A stretch of 64,000 nt of DNA from an uncultured delta proteobacterium (GTDB lineage: Bacteria > Myxococcota > Myxococcia > SLRQ01): contig CAVSGM010000011.1 in the NCBI GenBank assembly GCA_963727485.1, forward strand, positions 828,501 through 892,500, read 5' to 3'. Within the stretch, counting starts at the first letter, position 1. The number at the start of each line of letters is the position of its first letter. A program made the translations under genes and the position numbers. Below the pieces are notes generated by a model. It did no database searches. It was not told where the DNA came from and worked only from the letters and a program-made list of their open reading frames with translations. This document shows positions 28,068 through 37,071 of this stretch, piece by piece.

Positions 28068-28924
28068 AGCAGCACCGCCGAGAGGACCAGCCACGCCGCC
28101 ACCGTGGCGATCATCCCCGGGTCGGTGAGGGCCACGCGGGTCGGGTCCTCGCCGTGGCCCCGGACCTCCACCAGCCACAGGTAGCGCAGGATCCCGTAGA
28201 GGACGACCGGCGCGGTGGTGAGCATCCGCAGGTCGCCGACCCGGGCGACGGTGGCCGGGCTCACGCAGTAGAGGGCGTAGGCGATGGCGGTGGCCGCGGC
28301 GAGCATCACCTGGATCGCCTGGAGGAACGGCACGGTGTAGTGCTCGAGGACCGCCCGGGCCCTCGGCGCGCCCTCGGCGCCGGCGAGCTCCTGGCGCCGC
28401 TTGGCGAAGCCGAGGAAGAGGGCCAGCAGCCCGGTGACCACCAGGATCCACGGCGAGGTCGGCACCCGGATCACCCAGGCCCCGGAGAGGACCCGGAGCA
28501 CGAAGCCCGAGGCGACGACCATCACGTCGAGGATCACCAGGTGCTTCACCCAGAGGCTGTAGAGGGCGTTGAAGGCCACGTAGGCGGCGAGGAGGGCGCC
28601 GACGCCGACGGAGAGGAGGAAGCCACCGACCAGGCCCCCGGTGACCAGGACGAGCGCCGCCACCACCGCGAGCCAGGCGGGGAGGGCGCCCGAGGCCAGC
28701 GGCCGGCCCTGCTTCTCCGGGTGGAGGCGGTCGGCCTCGAGGTCGGCGAGGTCGTTGCCCAGGTACACCGCGCTCGCCACCGCGCACCAGGCGGCGAAGG
28801 CCAGGAGCGCCAGCACCACCGCGTGGCGGTCGTCGAGGCGACGGGCGAAGAGGAGCGGGCCGAGGACGAAGAGGTTCTTGACCCACTGGGCGGGGCGGAT
28901 CGCCCGCAGGAGGCTGCGCAGCAC
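28058..28924 (-). CDS. UbiA-family prenyltransferase (decaprenyl-phosphate phosphoribosyltransferase-like)
   Basis: Motifs: RPAQWVKNLFV and NDLADLEADRLHPEK (Asp-rich motif). There are about 8 TM helices. The 3' end overlaps the MoxR stop by 10 nt. Confidence 0.8.
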   Translation of the reverse strand: MLRSLLRAIRPAQWVKNLFVLGPLLFARRLDDRHAVVLALLAFAAWCAVASAVYLGNDLADLEADRLHPEKQGRPLASGALPAWLAVVAALVLVTGGLVGGFLLSVGVGALLAAYVAFNALYSLWVKHLVILDVMVVASGFVLRVLSGAWVIRVPTSPWILVVTGLLALFLGFAKRRQELAGAEGAPRARAVLEHYTVPFLQAIQVMLAAATAIAYALYCVSPATVARVGDLRMLTTAPVVLYGILRYLWLVEVRGHGEDPTRVALTDPGMIATVAAWLVLSAVLLYV

Positions 28925-28964
28925 GCCGCCATGGTACCCGATGGCTGCCCTGCCTCAAGAAGTC

Positions 28965-28973
28965 TGGTAGCCT
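28965..28973 (+). promoter_or_regulatory. Extended -10 box TGgTAGCCT, 9 nt upstream of ATG 28983
   Basis: Read directly. There is no Shine-Dalgarno sequence. Confidence 0.35.
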
Positions 28974-28982
28974 GCGGTCCGC

Positions 28983-30143
28983 ATGCTGCCGGAGGGATCC
29001 ATGCGCCGTCGCCTCGCCGTGTTCGCGGTCCTCGCTGCCGCCGCTCTTGGCCCCGGGTCCGCCCGCGCCGACGGGGTCCAGGCGCCCGCGCCCAAGGCCG
29101 CCGCCAAGGCCGCCGACACCCCGCTCCCCTCCATCGCCGTCCTCGACCTCAAGGCCGGCGACGGGGTCTCCAAGGCCCTCATCCACTTCGTCACCGGCGC
29201 CGTGGCCCGGGCCGCCCAGAGCACCGAGGCCTTCCGGGTCATCTCCGCCGACGACATCCGGGCGCTCCTGTCCCTGGAGGCCACCAAGCAGGCCTGCGGC
29301 GCCGGGAGCCCCAGCTGCCTGGCGGAGATCGGCGGGGCGCTCGGGGCCGACTACATGATCAGCGGGAGCCTCGACCAGGTCGGCGACAAGCTGAACCTCT
29401 CGCTCTCGCTCCTCGACGTGAAGCGCGCCGCCAACGTCTCCCGGGCCAGCCGGGCCTTCAAGGCCGGCGACCAGTCGGCCCTCTTCGACATCGTCCCGGC
29501 GGCGACCACCACCCTCCTCGCCAAGGCCATGAAGGGCCGCCAGGGCACCCTGGTCGTCTCGGTGACCGAGGCCGGGGCCTCGGTGAAGCTCGACGGGACC
29601 CTCGTCGGCGTCTCGCCGCTGGCCCCCCGGAAGATCCCCGCCGGCGCCCACCTGGTGGAGGTGGAGAAGACCGGCTTCGTGCGGCAGCAGGCCCAGGTGC
29701 GGGTCCGCGCCGGGCAGACCACCGCCCAGACCGTGGCCATGGTCCCCTCGCCGGACTTCCTCCAGACCTACGAGACCCACGCCCGGCGGATGCGCCTCGG
29801 GGCCTGGATCTCCACGGGGGTCGCCGCCCTGGCCATCGGCACGGCGCTCGTCTTCAACGCCCGCGCCGACGGGGTCTACGGGAGCTTCCGCACCGCCCGC
29901 GACCAGTTCCAGGCCGGCGGGGGCACCGACCCCACCGCCTACGCCAACCTCCAGAGCCTCGCCAGCGAGGGGCAGGGGGACCAGACCGCGTCCTTCGTGG
30001 GCTTCGGGGTCGCCGGGGCCGCCGCCGTGGCCTCGGCCTACTTCTGGATCGCCGGCGACGACCCCGGGCGCTACGCCTCGGTCCGCCTCTCGGCCGCGCC
30101 GACCCCCCACGGGGGCTTCGCCCTCGCCTCGGTGCGCTTCTAG
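28983..30143 (+). CDS. PEGA domain protein, secreted and membrane-anchored
   Basis: There is a signal peptide. The PEGA-type segment reads GTLVVSVTEAGASVKLDGTLVGVSPL...HLVEVEKTGF. A TM helix lies near the C-terminus. The start is ATG 28983, 9 nt after TGgTAGCCT, with ATG 29001 as an alternative. Confidence 0.7.
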   Translation: MLPEGSMRRRLAVFAVLAAAALGPGSARADGVQAPAPKAAAKAADTPLPSIAVLDLKAGDGVSKALIHFVTGAVARAAQSTEAFRVISADDIRALLSLEATKQACGAGSPSCLAEIGGALGADYMISGSLDQVGDKLNLSLSLLDVKRAANVSRASRAFKAGDQSALFDIVPAATTTLLAKAMKGRQGTLVVSVTEAGASVKLDGTLVGVSPLAPRKIPAGAHLVEVEKTGFVRQQAQVRVRAGQTTAQTVAMVPSPDFLQTYETHARRMRLGAWISTGVAALAIGTALVFNARADGVYGSFRTARDQFQAGGGTDPTAYANLQSLASEGQGDQTASFVGFGVAGAAAVASAYFWIAGDDPGRYASVRLSAAPTPHGGFALASVRF

Positions 30144-30161
30144 GGCCCCGGCCGGGGGGCG

Positions 30162-30170
30162 TGGTAGGCT
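30162..30170 (+). promoter_or_regulatory. Extended -10 box TGgTAGGCT, 10 nt upstream of ATG 30181
   Basis: Read directly. There is no Shine-Dalgarno sequence. Confidence 0.35.
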
Positions 30171-30180
30171 CACGGCGGGC

Positions 30181-30900
30181 ATGGTCACGAGGCCGAGAGG
30201 CCGTGACATGGGATTCGTGCGCCCTGGCGCCCCGGTCGCAGGCCGCGGAGCCCACATGCCTGCCACCGAGCGACCCCGCCGCGTCCTGGAGCACCTCGAG
30301 ACGTCGGTGGCGCCGACCCTCCTGCGGATGCGCGTCTTCGAGCGCACCACGCCGCTGGCGGCCCGGGAGGTCCTGTGGCTGGTGCGCAAGGGCCTGGTCC
30401 GGGCCCAGGCGGTCGGGCGCCGGCCGATGCTGGTGGACGTCTTCGGCCCCGGGAGCCTGGCCTCCCTCGGCGACCGGTCGGGACGGGCCCAGGAGGCCCT
30501 GGTCGCCGACGCTGGCACCGAGGTGGTGGAGATCGGCACCGACGGGCTGGTGGACCTCGGCCGCCGGCACCCGGAGGTGGTCGCCGGCATCGCCCTGGCC
30601 CTCGACCGGCAGCGGGCGGTGCTCCGGGAGCGGGTGGCGGTGCGCCAGCGGGGCCGGGTGGCCGACCAGCTCGCCGCGGGCCTCGACCTCCTCGCCGGAG
30701 AGGTCGGCGTCCCCTGCAGCCGCGGCCTCGGCGATCACGTCGACCTGGTGGGCCTCTCGCACCAGGATCTCGCGGACCTGGTGGGCTCGTCCCGGTCCTA
30801 CGTGAGCACCACCCTGGCCCAGCTCCAGCGCGAGGGCTGGGTGCGCGCCGAGGGCCCGCGCCACCTCTGTCTGGGGCCCGCCCTCCGCCTCCTGCGCTGA
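30181..30900 (+). CDS. Crp/Fnr-family transcriptional regulator
   Basis: The C-terminal HTH reads LSHQDLADLVGSSRSYVSTTLAQLQREGWV. An N-terminal beta-barrel-like region is present. The start is ATG 30181, 10 nt after TGgTAGGCT. Confidence 0.7.
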   Translation: MVTRPRGRDMGFVRPGAPVAGRGAHMPATERPRRVLEHLETSVAPTLLRMRVFERTTPLAAREVLWLVRKGLVRAQAVGRRPMLVDVFGPGSLASLGDRSGRAQEALVADAGTEVVEIGTDGLVDLGRRHPEVVAGIALALDRQRAVLRERVAVRQRGRVADQLAAGLDLLAGEVGVPCSRGLGDHVDLVGLSHQDLADLVGSSRSYVSTTLAQLQREGWVRAEGPRHLCLGPALRLLR

Positions 30901-30939
30901 TTCTCGCGGCCGCCGTGGGCCCATGCTAGGTTTCCCGCG

Positions 30940-32088
30940 GTGCGCCGGGTCATCGTAGAGGACGGGATCGTGGTCACCGGGGACGGCCGGGTGATCGACG
31001 GGGGGACGGTGGTCGTCGAGGGGGCCGAGGTGCAGGCGGTCCTCGAGGCGGGCGCCGACCTCGAGCCCCACCCGGGGGACTGGCGGATCCCCGCCGACGG
31101 CCGCCTGGTCACCGCGGGCCTGGTCGACGGCTTCACCGCGCTGCCGGCCCCCGCCGAGCGGGCGGCGTCGCGGCTGGTCGAGGCGGTGGCCGCCGGGGTC
31201 ACCACCGCCTTCGCCACCGCCGCCCCCGGCGACTGCCCCCGCCTCGCCGACTTCGCCCTCCGCCTGGGGGTGCGCCTCTGCCTCGCGCCCTGGTCCGCGT
31301 CCGCGCCCCCGGCGGTGGCGGCGGTGCGCGAGGTGGCCGAGCGGGCGGCCCGGGGCCGCGGCCGCCTCCACCCGGCGGTGGTCGTCCCCGACGGCGCGAC
31401 CGCCGGTCCCGACGTCCTCGACGCGGCCCGCTCACTCGCCCGGGAGCTCGGCGCGCCACTCCTGCTCCCGGTGGCCCGGGACGACGAGGCCCTCTCCCGG
31501 AGCTTCGCCCGCTTCGACGCCCGGCCCGTGGAGCGCCTCGACGCCCTGGGTCTCCTCGAGGCCCGGACGGTCCTGGTCCACGGGAACGTCCTCGACGCCG
31601 GGGAGCTCGACGCGGTGGCCTCGGCGGGGAGCGTGCTCTGCGCGGTCCCCCGGGAGGCGCCCGCCGGCGTCCCCACCGCCCTCTGCGCCCGGGCGTCGGC
31701 CCGGGGCGTGGCCCTGGCGCTGGGCACCGGCGCCACCGGGGGCTCCCCCCTGGCCGAGGTCGCGGTGGGGGCGGTGCGCGGCGACGATCCCGTGGCCCTC
31801 GCCGACGCCCTCGCCGGGGGCGCCCGGCTCCTCACCGCGATCCTGGGCAGCGCCGCCGGGCGCCTGGTCCCCGGGGAGCAGGCCGACGTGGTGGTCCACG
31901 GCTGGCGACCGGATCGGGCCCTCGACCCGGTCGCCTGGACCGCGGCCATCCCCTGGGGGACCCGCGCCGCGTGGTCGATCATCGGCGGCGAGGTGGTCCT
32001 CCGGGAGGGGCGGCTCCTCGGGGTCGACGCCCGGGCCGTGGCCGACGCCGCCCGGCGGGTGCCGGGGCAGCCCCCACTCCCCGAGTGA
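30940..32088 (+). CDS. Amidohydrolase-superfamily protein with degenerate metal ligands
   Basis: The start is GTG. The N-terminal beta-sandwich reads IVVTGDGRVIDGGTVVVEGAEV. Where the HxH motif is expected the sequence is GLVDGFTAL, and where GTD is expected it is LGTGA. Confidence 0.6.
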   Translation: MRRVIVEDGIVVTGDGRVIDGGTVVVEGAEVQAVLEAGADLEPHPGDWRIPADGRLVTAGLVDGFTALPAPAERAASRLVEAVAAGVTTAFATAAPGDCPRLADFALRLGVRLCLAPWSASAPPAVAAVREVAERAARGRGRLHPAVVVPDGATAGPDVLDAARSLARELGAPLLLPVARDDEALSRSFARFDARPVERLDALGLLEARTVLVHGNVLDAGELDAVASAGSVLCAVPREAPAGVPTALCARASARGVALALGTGATGGSPLAEVAVGAVRGDDPVALADALAGGARLLTAILGSAAGRLVPGEQADVVVHGWRPDRALDPVAWTAAIPWGTRAAWSIIGGEVVLREGRLLGVDARAVADAARRVPGQPPLPE

Positions 32089-32148
32089 CAGCCCGGCGTG
32101 TTAGGGTGGAACCCGGTGGCAGCCTGACGCCGCCGAAGGGGGGAGCCC

Positions 32149-32547
32149 ATGTCGGGGGACACCACGGCCTCCGTCCTCCTGGTGGAGGACAACCCGGACC
32201 ACGCCTTGCTCACCAAGCTGGCCATCGGCCGCCTCGATGAAGTGCGCGAGGTGCGTGTGGTCGACGACGGCCTCAAGGCCCTCGAGCTCTTGCGCCACGG
32301 GGTCCGCCCGGACCTGATCCTCCTGGATCTGAAGCTCCCGGGCCTCGACGGCTTCGACGTCCTCGAGGCCCTGCGCGCCGACGCCTCGCTCCGGGGCATC
32401 CCGGTGGTCGTCCTCTCCACCTCGAGCGCCGACGGCGACCGCAGCCGGGTCGCGGACCTCGGGGCCGTGGGCTACCTCGACAAGCCCGTGGACGTCGACG
32501 CCCTCCGGCGCCTCCTCGGCGAGGGCGCGCCGCCCGCCTCGCCCTGA
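32149..32547 (+). CDS. Single-domain response regulator (CheY-like)
   Basis: Motifs: VLLVEDNPDH, DLILLDLKLPGLDG, VVVLSTS and YLDKP. Confidence 0.85.
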   Translation: MSGDTTASVLLVEDNPDHALLTKLAIGRLDEVREVRVVDDGLKALELLRHGVRPDLILLDLKLPGLDGFDVLEALRADASLRGIPVVVLSTSSADGDRSRVADLGAVGYLDKPVDVDALRRLLGEGAPPASP

Positions 32548-32607
32548 CGCGGGGCGGGGGACCTTACCCACGGGCCGTCGTCTTGCGCCGGTTTTCCGCC
32601 GGTTGCT

Positions 32608-33873
32608 ATGCTCGACTCGCCGCATCAGGGGCAGTTGGGAGCGCCTACGACCTTGGCACGCACGGGCATCAAGTACGGCAAGTACACCCTCATCGACCGG
32701 ATCGCGGTCGGGGGCATGGCCGAGATCTTCCTCGCCCGGCAGGCCGGCCTCGAGGGCTTCGAGAAGACCATCGTCATCAAGCGGATCCGGCCGCACCTGG
32801 GCAAGCAGCCGAGCTTCGTGAAGATGTTCCTCAACGAGGCGAAGCTCGCCGCCCAGCTCGACCACCCCAACATCGTCCAGATCTACGACCTCGGTAAGAT
32901 CGCCGACACGTACTTCATCGCCATGGAGTACATCTTCGGCCGCGACATGCGCCGGGTGATCCCCAAGGCCGAGTCCATGGGGATCCCCTTCCCCATGGTC
33001 TACGCCCTGAAGATCGTGTCGAGCGTCTGCGAGGGCCTCTACTACGCCCACCAGAAGGGGGACATCTACGGGAACCCCTTGAACATCGTCCACCGCGACG
33101 TCACCCCGGAGAACATCTTCGTCTCCTTCGACGGCACGGTGAAGGTCCTCGACTTCGGCATCGCCAAGGCGGCCAACCAGATCGAGCAGACCCGCGCCGG
33201 GGAGATCAAGGGCAAGCTCTCGTACATGTCGCCGGAGCAGGTGGTGGGCAAGGCCCTCGACGCCCGCTCGGACATCTTCAGCCTCGGCGTGGTCCTCTAC
33301 GAGTGGATCACCGGCTTCAAGCTGTTCACCGGCGAGAACGAGGTCGCCATCCTCAAGTCGATCAGCGAGGGCAAGATCTACGCCCCCAGCTACTTCAAGG
33401 CGGACATCCCCGAGGCGGTCGAGCACATCCTGATGAAGGCGCTCGACAAGGACCGGGAGCAGCGCTACCAGACCGCCTGGGAGATGCAGTACGACATCGA
33501 CCAGTTCTTGAGCGAGTACGAGTTCACCCCCTCGAACATCCACCTCTCCAACTTTCTCAAGCAGCTGTTCAGCGACGAGCTCGAGGAGGAGAAGAAGCGC
33601 CTGCTCTCCGAGGGGGCGCCGCTGCCGGTGGAAGAGGCGGTGGAGGACGACGAGGACGATGGCGTCGAGGTCACCTTCGACAATCGCACGGTGGTTGCCG
33701 ACGGCAACGCCGTGGTCCGCCTCGAGCCCCAGACCCAGGGCGATACCACGGTGGTGCCCATCAAGCTCCCCGCCGGCGAGTTCGCCTACCTCGAGGAGGT
33801 GGCGCGCCGCCATGGGATCACCGTGGCGGCCCTGGTCCACGAGCTCCTCGCCGGCTACCTGCGCTTCCACTAG
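32608..33873 (+). CDS. Ser/Thr protein kinase with a C-terminal ribbon-helix-helix-like tail
   Basis: Kinase motifs are [29 protein letters not shown] and SYMSPEQ. The last 40 aa are [40 protein letters not shown]. An in-frame TTG at 32635 is an alternative start. Confidence 0.88.
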   Translation: MLDSPHQGQLGAPTTLARTGIKYGKYTLIDRIAVGGMAEIFLARQAGLEGFEKTIVIKRIRPHLGKQPSFVKMFLNEAKLAAQLDHPNIVQIYDLGKIADTYFIAMEYIFGRDMRRVIPKAESMGIPFPMVYALKIVSSVCEGLYYAHQKGDIYGNPLNIVHRDVTPENIFVSFDGTVKVLDFGIAKAANQIEQTRAGEIKGKLSYMSPEQVVGKALDARSDIFSLGVVLYEWITGFKLFTGENEVAILKSISEGKIYAPSYFKADIPEAVEHILMKALDKDREQRYQTAWEMQYDIDQFLSEYEFTPSNIHLSNFLKQLFSDELEEEKKRLLSEGAPLPVEEAVEDDEDDGVEVTFDNRTVVADGNAVVRLEPQTQGDTTVVPIKLPAGEFAYLEEVARRHGITVAALVHELLAGYLRFH

Positions 33874-33902
33874 GCGCGGGATCCCAAGAGGTCGTGCGGT
33901 GA

Positions 33903-34390
33903 CCAGTGAGTTGTTCAGCCGCAGTGGGCATCCGCGAGCGCACAACCTACGAGTGGCTGCGGCGGTATCGGGAAGAATGCCACTCCGGCCGGCTAGCCCA
34001 GGTCGAGGTGTTCGGGGACGACAAGGATGAGACGACCCACGGCTACCTCCAGCGCGCGGTCGACTGGCGTGAACGCCACGGCATCGACGTCCGGGCCATC
34101 ACGACCGACAACGGCAGCAACTACCGCTCCCGGGACCTCCGTCGCGCCGTGGATGAGCGAGGCCTGCGGCACATCCGCACCAGGCCGTACACGCCCAGGA
34201 CCAACGGGAAGGCCGAGCGCTTCGTCCAGACGTCGCCAGGCGAGTGGGCCTACGCCCGCCTTTACACGAGCTCCGCGGAACGGGCGAGGACCCTCGGCAA
34301 GTGGCTGCGCCACCACAACCTCGACCACCCTCACGGTGGTCTCGCCGACAGGCCACCCATATCCCACAACCAGGCCCTGGTGCCCCGGTG
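33903..34390 (+). mobile_element. IS481-family transposase remnant (internally deleted, non-functional)
   Basis: An HTH fragment TYEWLRRYREE is joined directly to the rve-core C-terminal half: ITTDNGSNYRS ... RTRPYTPRTNGKAERF ... EWAYARLYTSSAERA ... WLRHHNLDHPHGGL. The segment with the first catalytic Asp is missing. Local GC is lower than in the flanks. Confidence 0.7.
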
Positions 34391-34404
34391 GCGCGACGGG
34401 CCCG

Positions 34405-35517
34405 TCAGGTCTCGTCGCGCGACGCGCCGATCTTGTGGAAGACCAGGTCCTCGACGGTGGTCTTCACCGTCTCCCACACGAGATCGCGATCGGTGCACCG
34501 GGCGAAGATGCCGAGCGGGATCTGGAACCCACCCTTGTCGCGCCGGCCGCCACCGTAGTAGCGCCCGGAAGGGTCGATCCCGAACAGGTCCTTGAGCCAC
34601 TTGTCCGGGTCGACGGTGTTGCTGGTGGTCCGCAGGGAGCCGTCGATGAGGCTCCCCGAGACGATCCCGTAGACCACCACCGTGTCCACGCCCTCACGCC
34701 GGAGGAGGTAGTCGGCGGCCTCGCCGATGCCGTCCCGGTCCTCGTCCCGGACGTAGCCCACGCCGGCGATGAGGTAGTTGCCCTTGATGACCTTCTTGTC
34801 GAGGGCCACCTGGAGGATGTCCATGCTCTTGGAGGAGATGGACTGCTGGGAGATCACCTGGAGGAGCTCCCGGTCGACGTAGGGCGCCAGGAACGCCGAG
34901 GCCTCGAAGTCGATGGGGCGCCCGGCGATGAAGTCGTCGGTGTCGGCGCGGATGCCGTACATCAGGGCGGTGGACATGCGCACGGTGATGGCCGCCTGGG
35001 GATCGACGCCGACCCGGCCCTGGGCCAGGTACTCGCAGTAGATGGCGCAGGTGGAGCCCGCGTCCTCCCGGACGTCGACGAACTCGCCCTCGATGGGCCC
35101 GATGGACTTGTGGTGGTCGACCAGGCTCACCAGGCCCATGCGCGCCGGGACCTCCACCGGGAGATCGGGGCTCTGGGTGTCCACCAGGCAGTAGCCGGTG
35201 TAGGGCGAGAGATCGAAGCCGGCGCTCCAGGGGACCATCTCGATCTCCAGGCGCTTCACCATCGCCCGGTTCTCGTGGTGGGAGAGGTCCTCGAAGTGGA
35301 TGATGTCGGCGTCCACCCCGAGGCTCTGGCACAGGTACTGGTGCACCAGGGCCGAGGCGATGCTGTCGGGATCCGGGTAGCCCTTGATGAAGATCGCCAG
35401 ACGCTCGCCCTGGTGCCGGAGCAGGGCCGTCTCCAGGGCCTGGACCCGGGTGCCCCGTCCGGGGAGCTGGAGCGGCGCCGCCTCGTCTTCCACCACCTGT
35501 TGCTTGGTTCCCGCCAT
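34405..35517 (-). CDS. DHH-family phosphoesterase (NrnA-like)
   Basis: Motifs: GYPDPDSIASA, LVDHHKS (DHH), and a C-terminal DHHA1-like GGGRRDKGG. The start is ATG 35517, 8 nt after TGcTATAGT. Confidence 0.8.
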   Translation of the reverse strand: MAGTKQQVVEDEAAPLQLPGRGTRVQALETALLRHQGERLAIFIKGYPDPDSIASALVHQYLCQSLGVDADIIHFEDLSHHENRAMVKRLEIEMVPWSAGFDLSPYTGYCLVDTQSPDLPVEVPARMGLVSLVDHHKSIGPIEGEFVDVREDAGSTCAIYCEYLAQGRVGVDPQAAITVRMSTALMYGIRADTDDFIAGRPIDFEASAFLAPYVDRELLQVISQQSISSKSMDILQVALDKKVIKGNYLIAGVGYVRDEDRDGIGEAADYLLRREGVDTVVVYGIVSGSLIDGSLRTTSNTVDPDKWLKDLFGIDPSGRYYGGGRRDKGGFQIPLGIFARCTDRDLVWETVKTTVEDLVFHKIGASRDET

Positions 35518-35525
35518 GACCGTGC

Positions 35526-35534
35526 ACTATAGCA
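35526..35534 (-). promoter_or_regulatory. Extended -10 box TGcTATAGT, 8 nt upstream of ATG 35517
   Basis: The plus strand has actatagca at 35526-35534. There is no Shine-Dalgarno sequence. Confidence 0.5.
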
Positions 35535-35626
35535 CCGCCGGTGGCCGTGCCAGGGACCGGGGAGGGACCGGTGGGAGAGCCGGCCATTGACACCTCGGTG
35601 ACGATCGGTCAAACACTCCGGCACCC

Positions 35627-36232
35627 ATGCGTCTGGAGCCCAAGGAGACCGGCTGGATCGAGGTCATCTGCGGCCCGATGTTCTCGGGCAAGACCGAGGA
35701 GCTGATCCGCCGGGTGAAGCGGGCCCAGATCGCCCGGCAGGCGGTCCAGATCTTCAAGCCCCGCATCGACGACCGCTACCACGCCTACAAGGTGGTCTCC
35801 CACTCCCAGGTCTCCGAAGTGGCGACCCCGGTGGATCGCGCCGACGAGATCCTCACCCTGCTGGCGGCCGAGACCGACGTGGTGGCGGTGGACGAGGGGC
35901 AGTTCTTCGAGGCGGAGCTGGTGGAGATCTGCGAGCAGCTCGCCTCGGCGGGCAAGCGGGTGATCGTCGCCGGCCTCGACCAGGACTACCGGGGCGTGCC
36001 CTTCGAGCCCATGCCCCAGCTCCTCGCCGTCGCCGAGTACGTCACCAAGCAGCTCGCCATCTGCGTGGTCTGCGGGAACCCCGCCAGCCGCTCCCAGCGC
36101 ATCGTCGACACCGCCGATCGGGTGGTGGTCGGCGCCGGGGGCACCTACGAGGCGCGGTGCCGCGCCTGCTTCGACCCGGGCCACGACGCCGAGCCCGCCC
36201 CCGACCAGCCCGAGCTCGACCTGAAAGGCTAG
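35627..36232 (+). CDS. tdk: Thymidine kinase
   Basis: Motifs: GPMFSGKTEEL (P-loop), VDEGQFF, and the zinc-ribbon cysteines CVVCG ... CRAC. Confidence 0.9.
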   Translation: MRLEPKETGWIEVICGPMFSGKTEELIRRVKRAQIARQAVQIFKPRIDDRYHAYKVVSHSQVSEVATPVDRADEILTLLAAETDVVAVDEGQFFEAELVEICEQLASAGKRVIVAGLDQDYRGVPFEPMPQLLAVAEYVTKQLAICVVCGNPASRSQRIVDTADRVVVGAGGTYEARCRACFDPGHDAEPAPDQPELDLKG

Positions 36233-36236
36233 CCCC

Positions 36237-37052
36237 ATGCGCGACCACACCTACGACCACATCCCCTGGAAGCCCTCCGAGATCGCGCACCGCTACGGCG
36301 CCGGGGTCCACATCCTCGCCGACCCGTTCCTCCTGGGGCAGCTCGCGGTCCTCTGCGCCAAGGGCACCATCCAGCCCGAGGTGAACCGCCTGGTGGCGGA
36401 GATCTACCGGAGCCTGGTGAAGGTGGCGATCAACACCGAGTTCCCCCGGCACCCGGTGAGCATGCCCACGCGGATGATCGAGCACACGCCCCAGGGCATC
36501 TTCCAGGGCGAGGTCATCGACCCGGAGACCCGGGCGGTGACCGTGAACATCGCCCGCGCCGGCACCCTCCCCAGCCAGATCACCTTCGATCTGCTCAACA
36601 CCGTCCTCGACCCGCCCCTGGTGCGCCAGGACCACATCATCATGAACCGCACCACCGACGCCGAGGGCCACGTGACCGGCATCGACGTGGGGGGCTCGAA
36701 GATCGGCGGCGACGTGGACGACGCCATCGTCCTCTTCCCCGATCCCATGGGGGCCACCGGCGGGTCCCTGTCCACCGCGCTGGACATCTACAAGCGCGAG
36801 GTCCAGGGGGCCCCGCGCAAGCTGGTGGCCCTGAACCTCATCGTCACCCCCGAGTACCTCAAGCGGGTGAAGGCCGATCACCCCGAGGCCATCGTCTACG
36901 CCGTGCGCCTCGATCGCGGGCTCTCGCCCCCGGAGATCTTCGACACCGTCCCCGGCGAGCGCTGGGACGAGGAGCGGGGGCTCTCGGACAAGCAGTACAT
37001 CGTCCCCGGCGGCGGCGGCTTCGGGGAGATCATGAACAACGCCTTCGTCTAG
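36237..37052 (+). CDS. Uracil phosphoribosyltransferase-like protein (long form)
   Basis: The PRPP-binding loop is VLFPDPMGATGGS. The C-terminal uracil-binding-like motif is YIVPGGGGFGE. Length is 271 aa against about 210 aa for canonical Upp. Confidence 0.7.
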   Translation: MRDHTYDHIPWKPSEIAHRYGAGVHILADPFLLGQLAVLCAKGTIQPEVNRLVAEIYRSLVKVAINTEFPRHPVSMPTRMIEHTPQGIFQGEVIDPETRAVTVNIARAGTLPSQITFDLLNTVLDPPLVRQDHIIMNRTTDAEGHVTGIDVGGSKIGGDVDDAIVLFPDPMGATGGSLSTALDIYKREVQGAPRKLVALNLIVTPEYLKRVKADHPEAIVYAVRLDRGLSPPEIFDTVPGERWDEERGLSDKQYIVPGGGGFGEIMNNAFV

Positions 37053-37071
37053 CCCGTCCGAAAGGAATCCC

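Noticed and set aside
26880-30590. 1236-aa minus-strand ORF
   Set aside because: It is antisense to the MoxR and PEGA genes and out of frame with the UbiA gene. Its composition is Arg/Pro/Gly-rich with no motifs.
32583-32612. TTGCGC-N18-TATGCT promoter overlapping the annotated ATG 32608 of the first kinase, which would move the start to TTG 32635
   Set aside because: This is possible and is noted in the feature evidence. The -10 box overlaps the ATG itself, and both starts give plausible N-termini, so it is too ambiguous to call.
34391-34595. The 3' continuation of the IS481-like ORF to 34595
   Set aside because: Similarity to transposases ends near 34390. The remainder is antisense to the well-supported DHH phosphoesterase gene.
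35587-35615. Perfect TTGACA hexamer upstream of tdk as a promoter
   Set aside because: There is no acceptable -10 hexamer at 16-19 nt; the best candidate is TCAAAC/CAAACA. It was therefore not reported as a feature.
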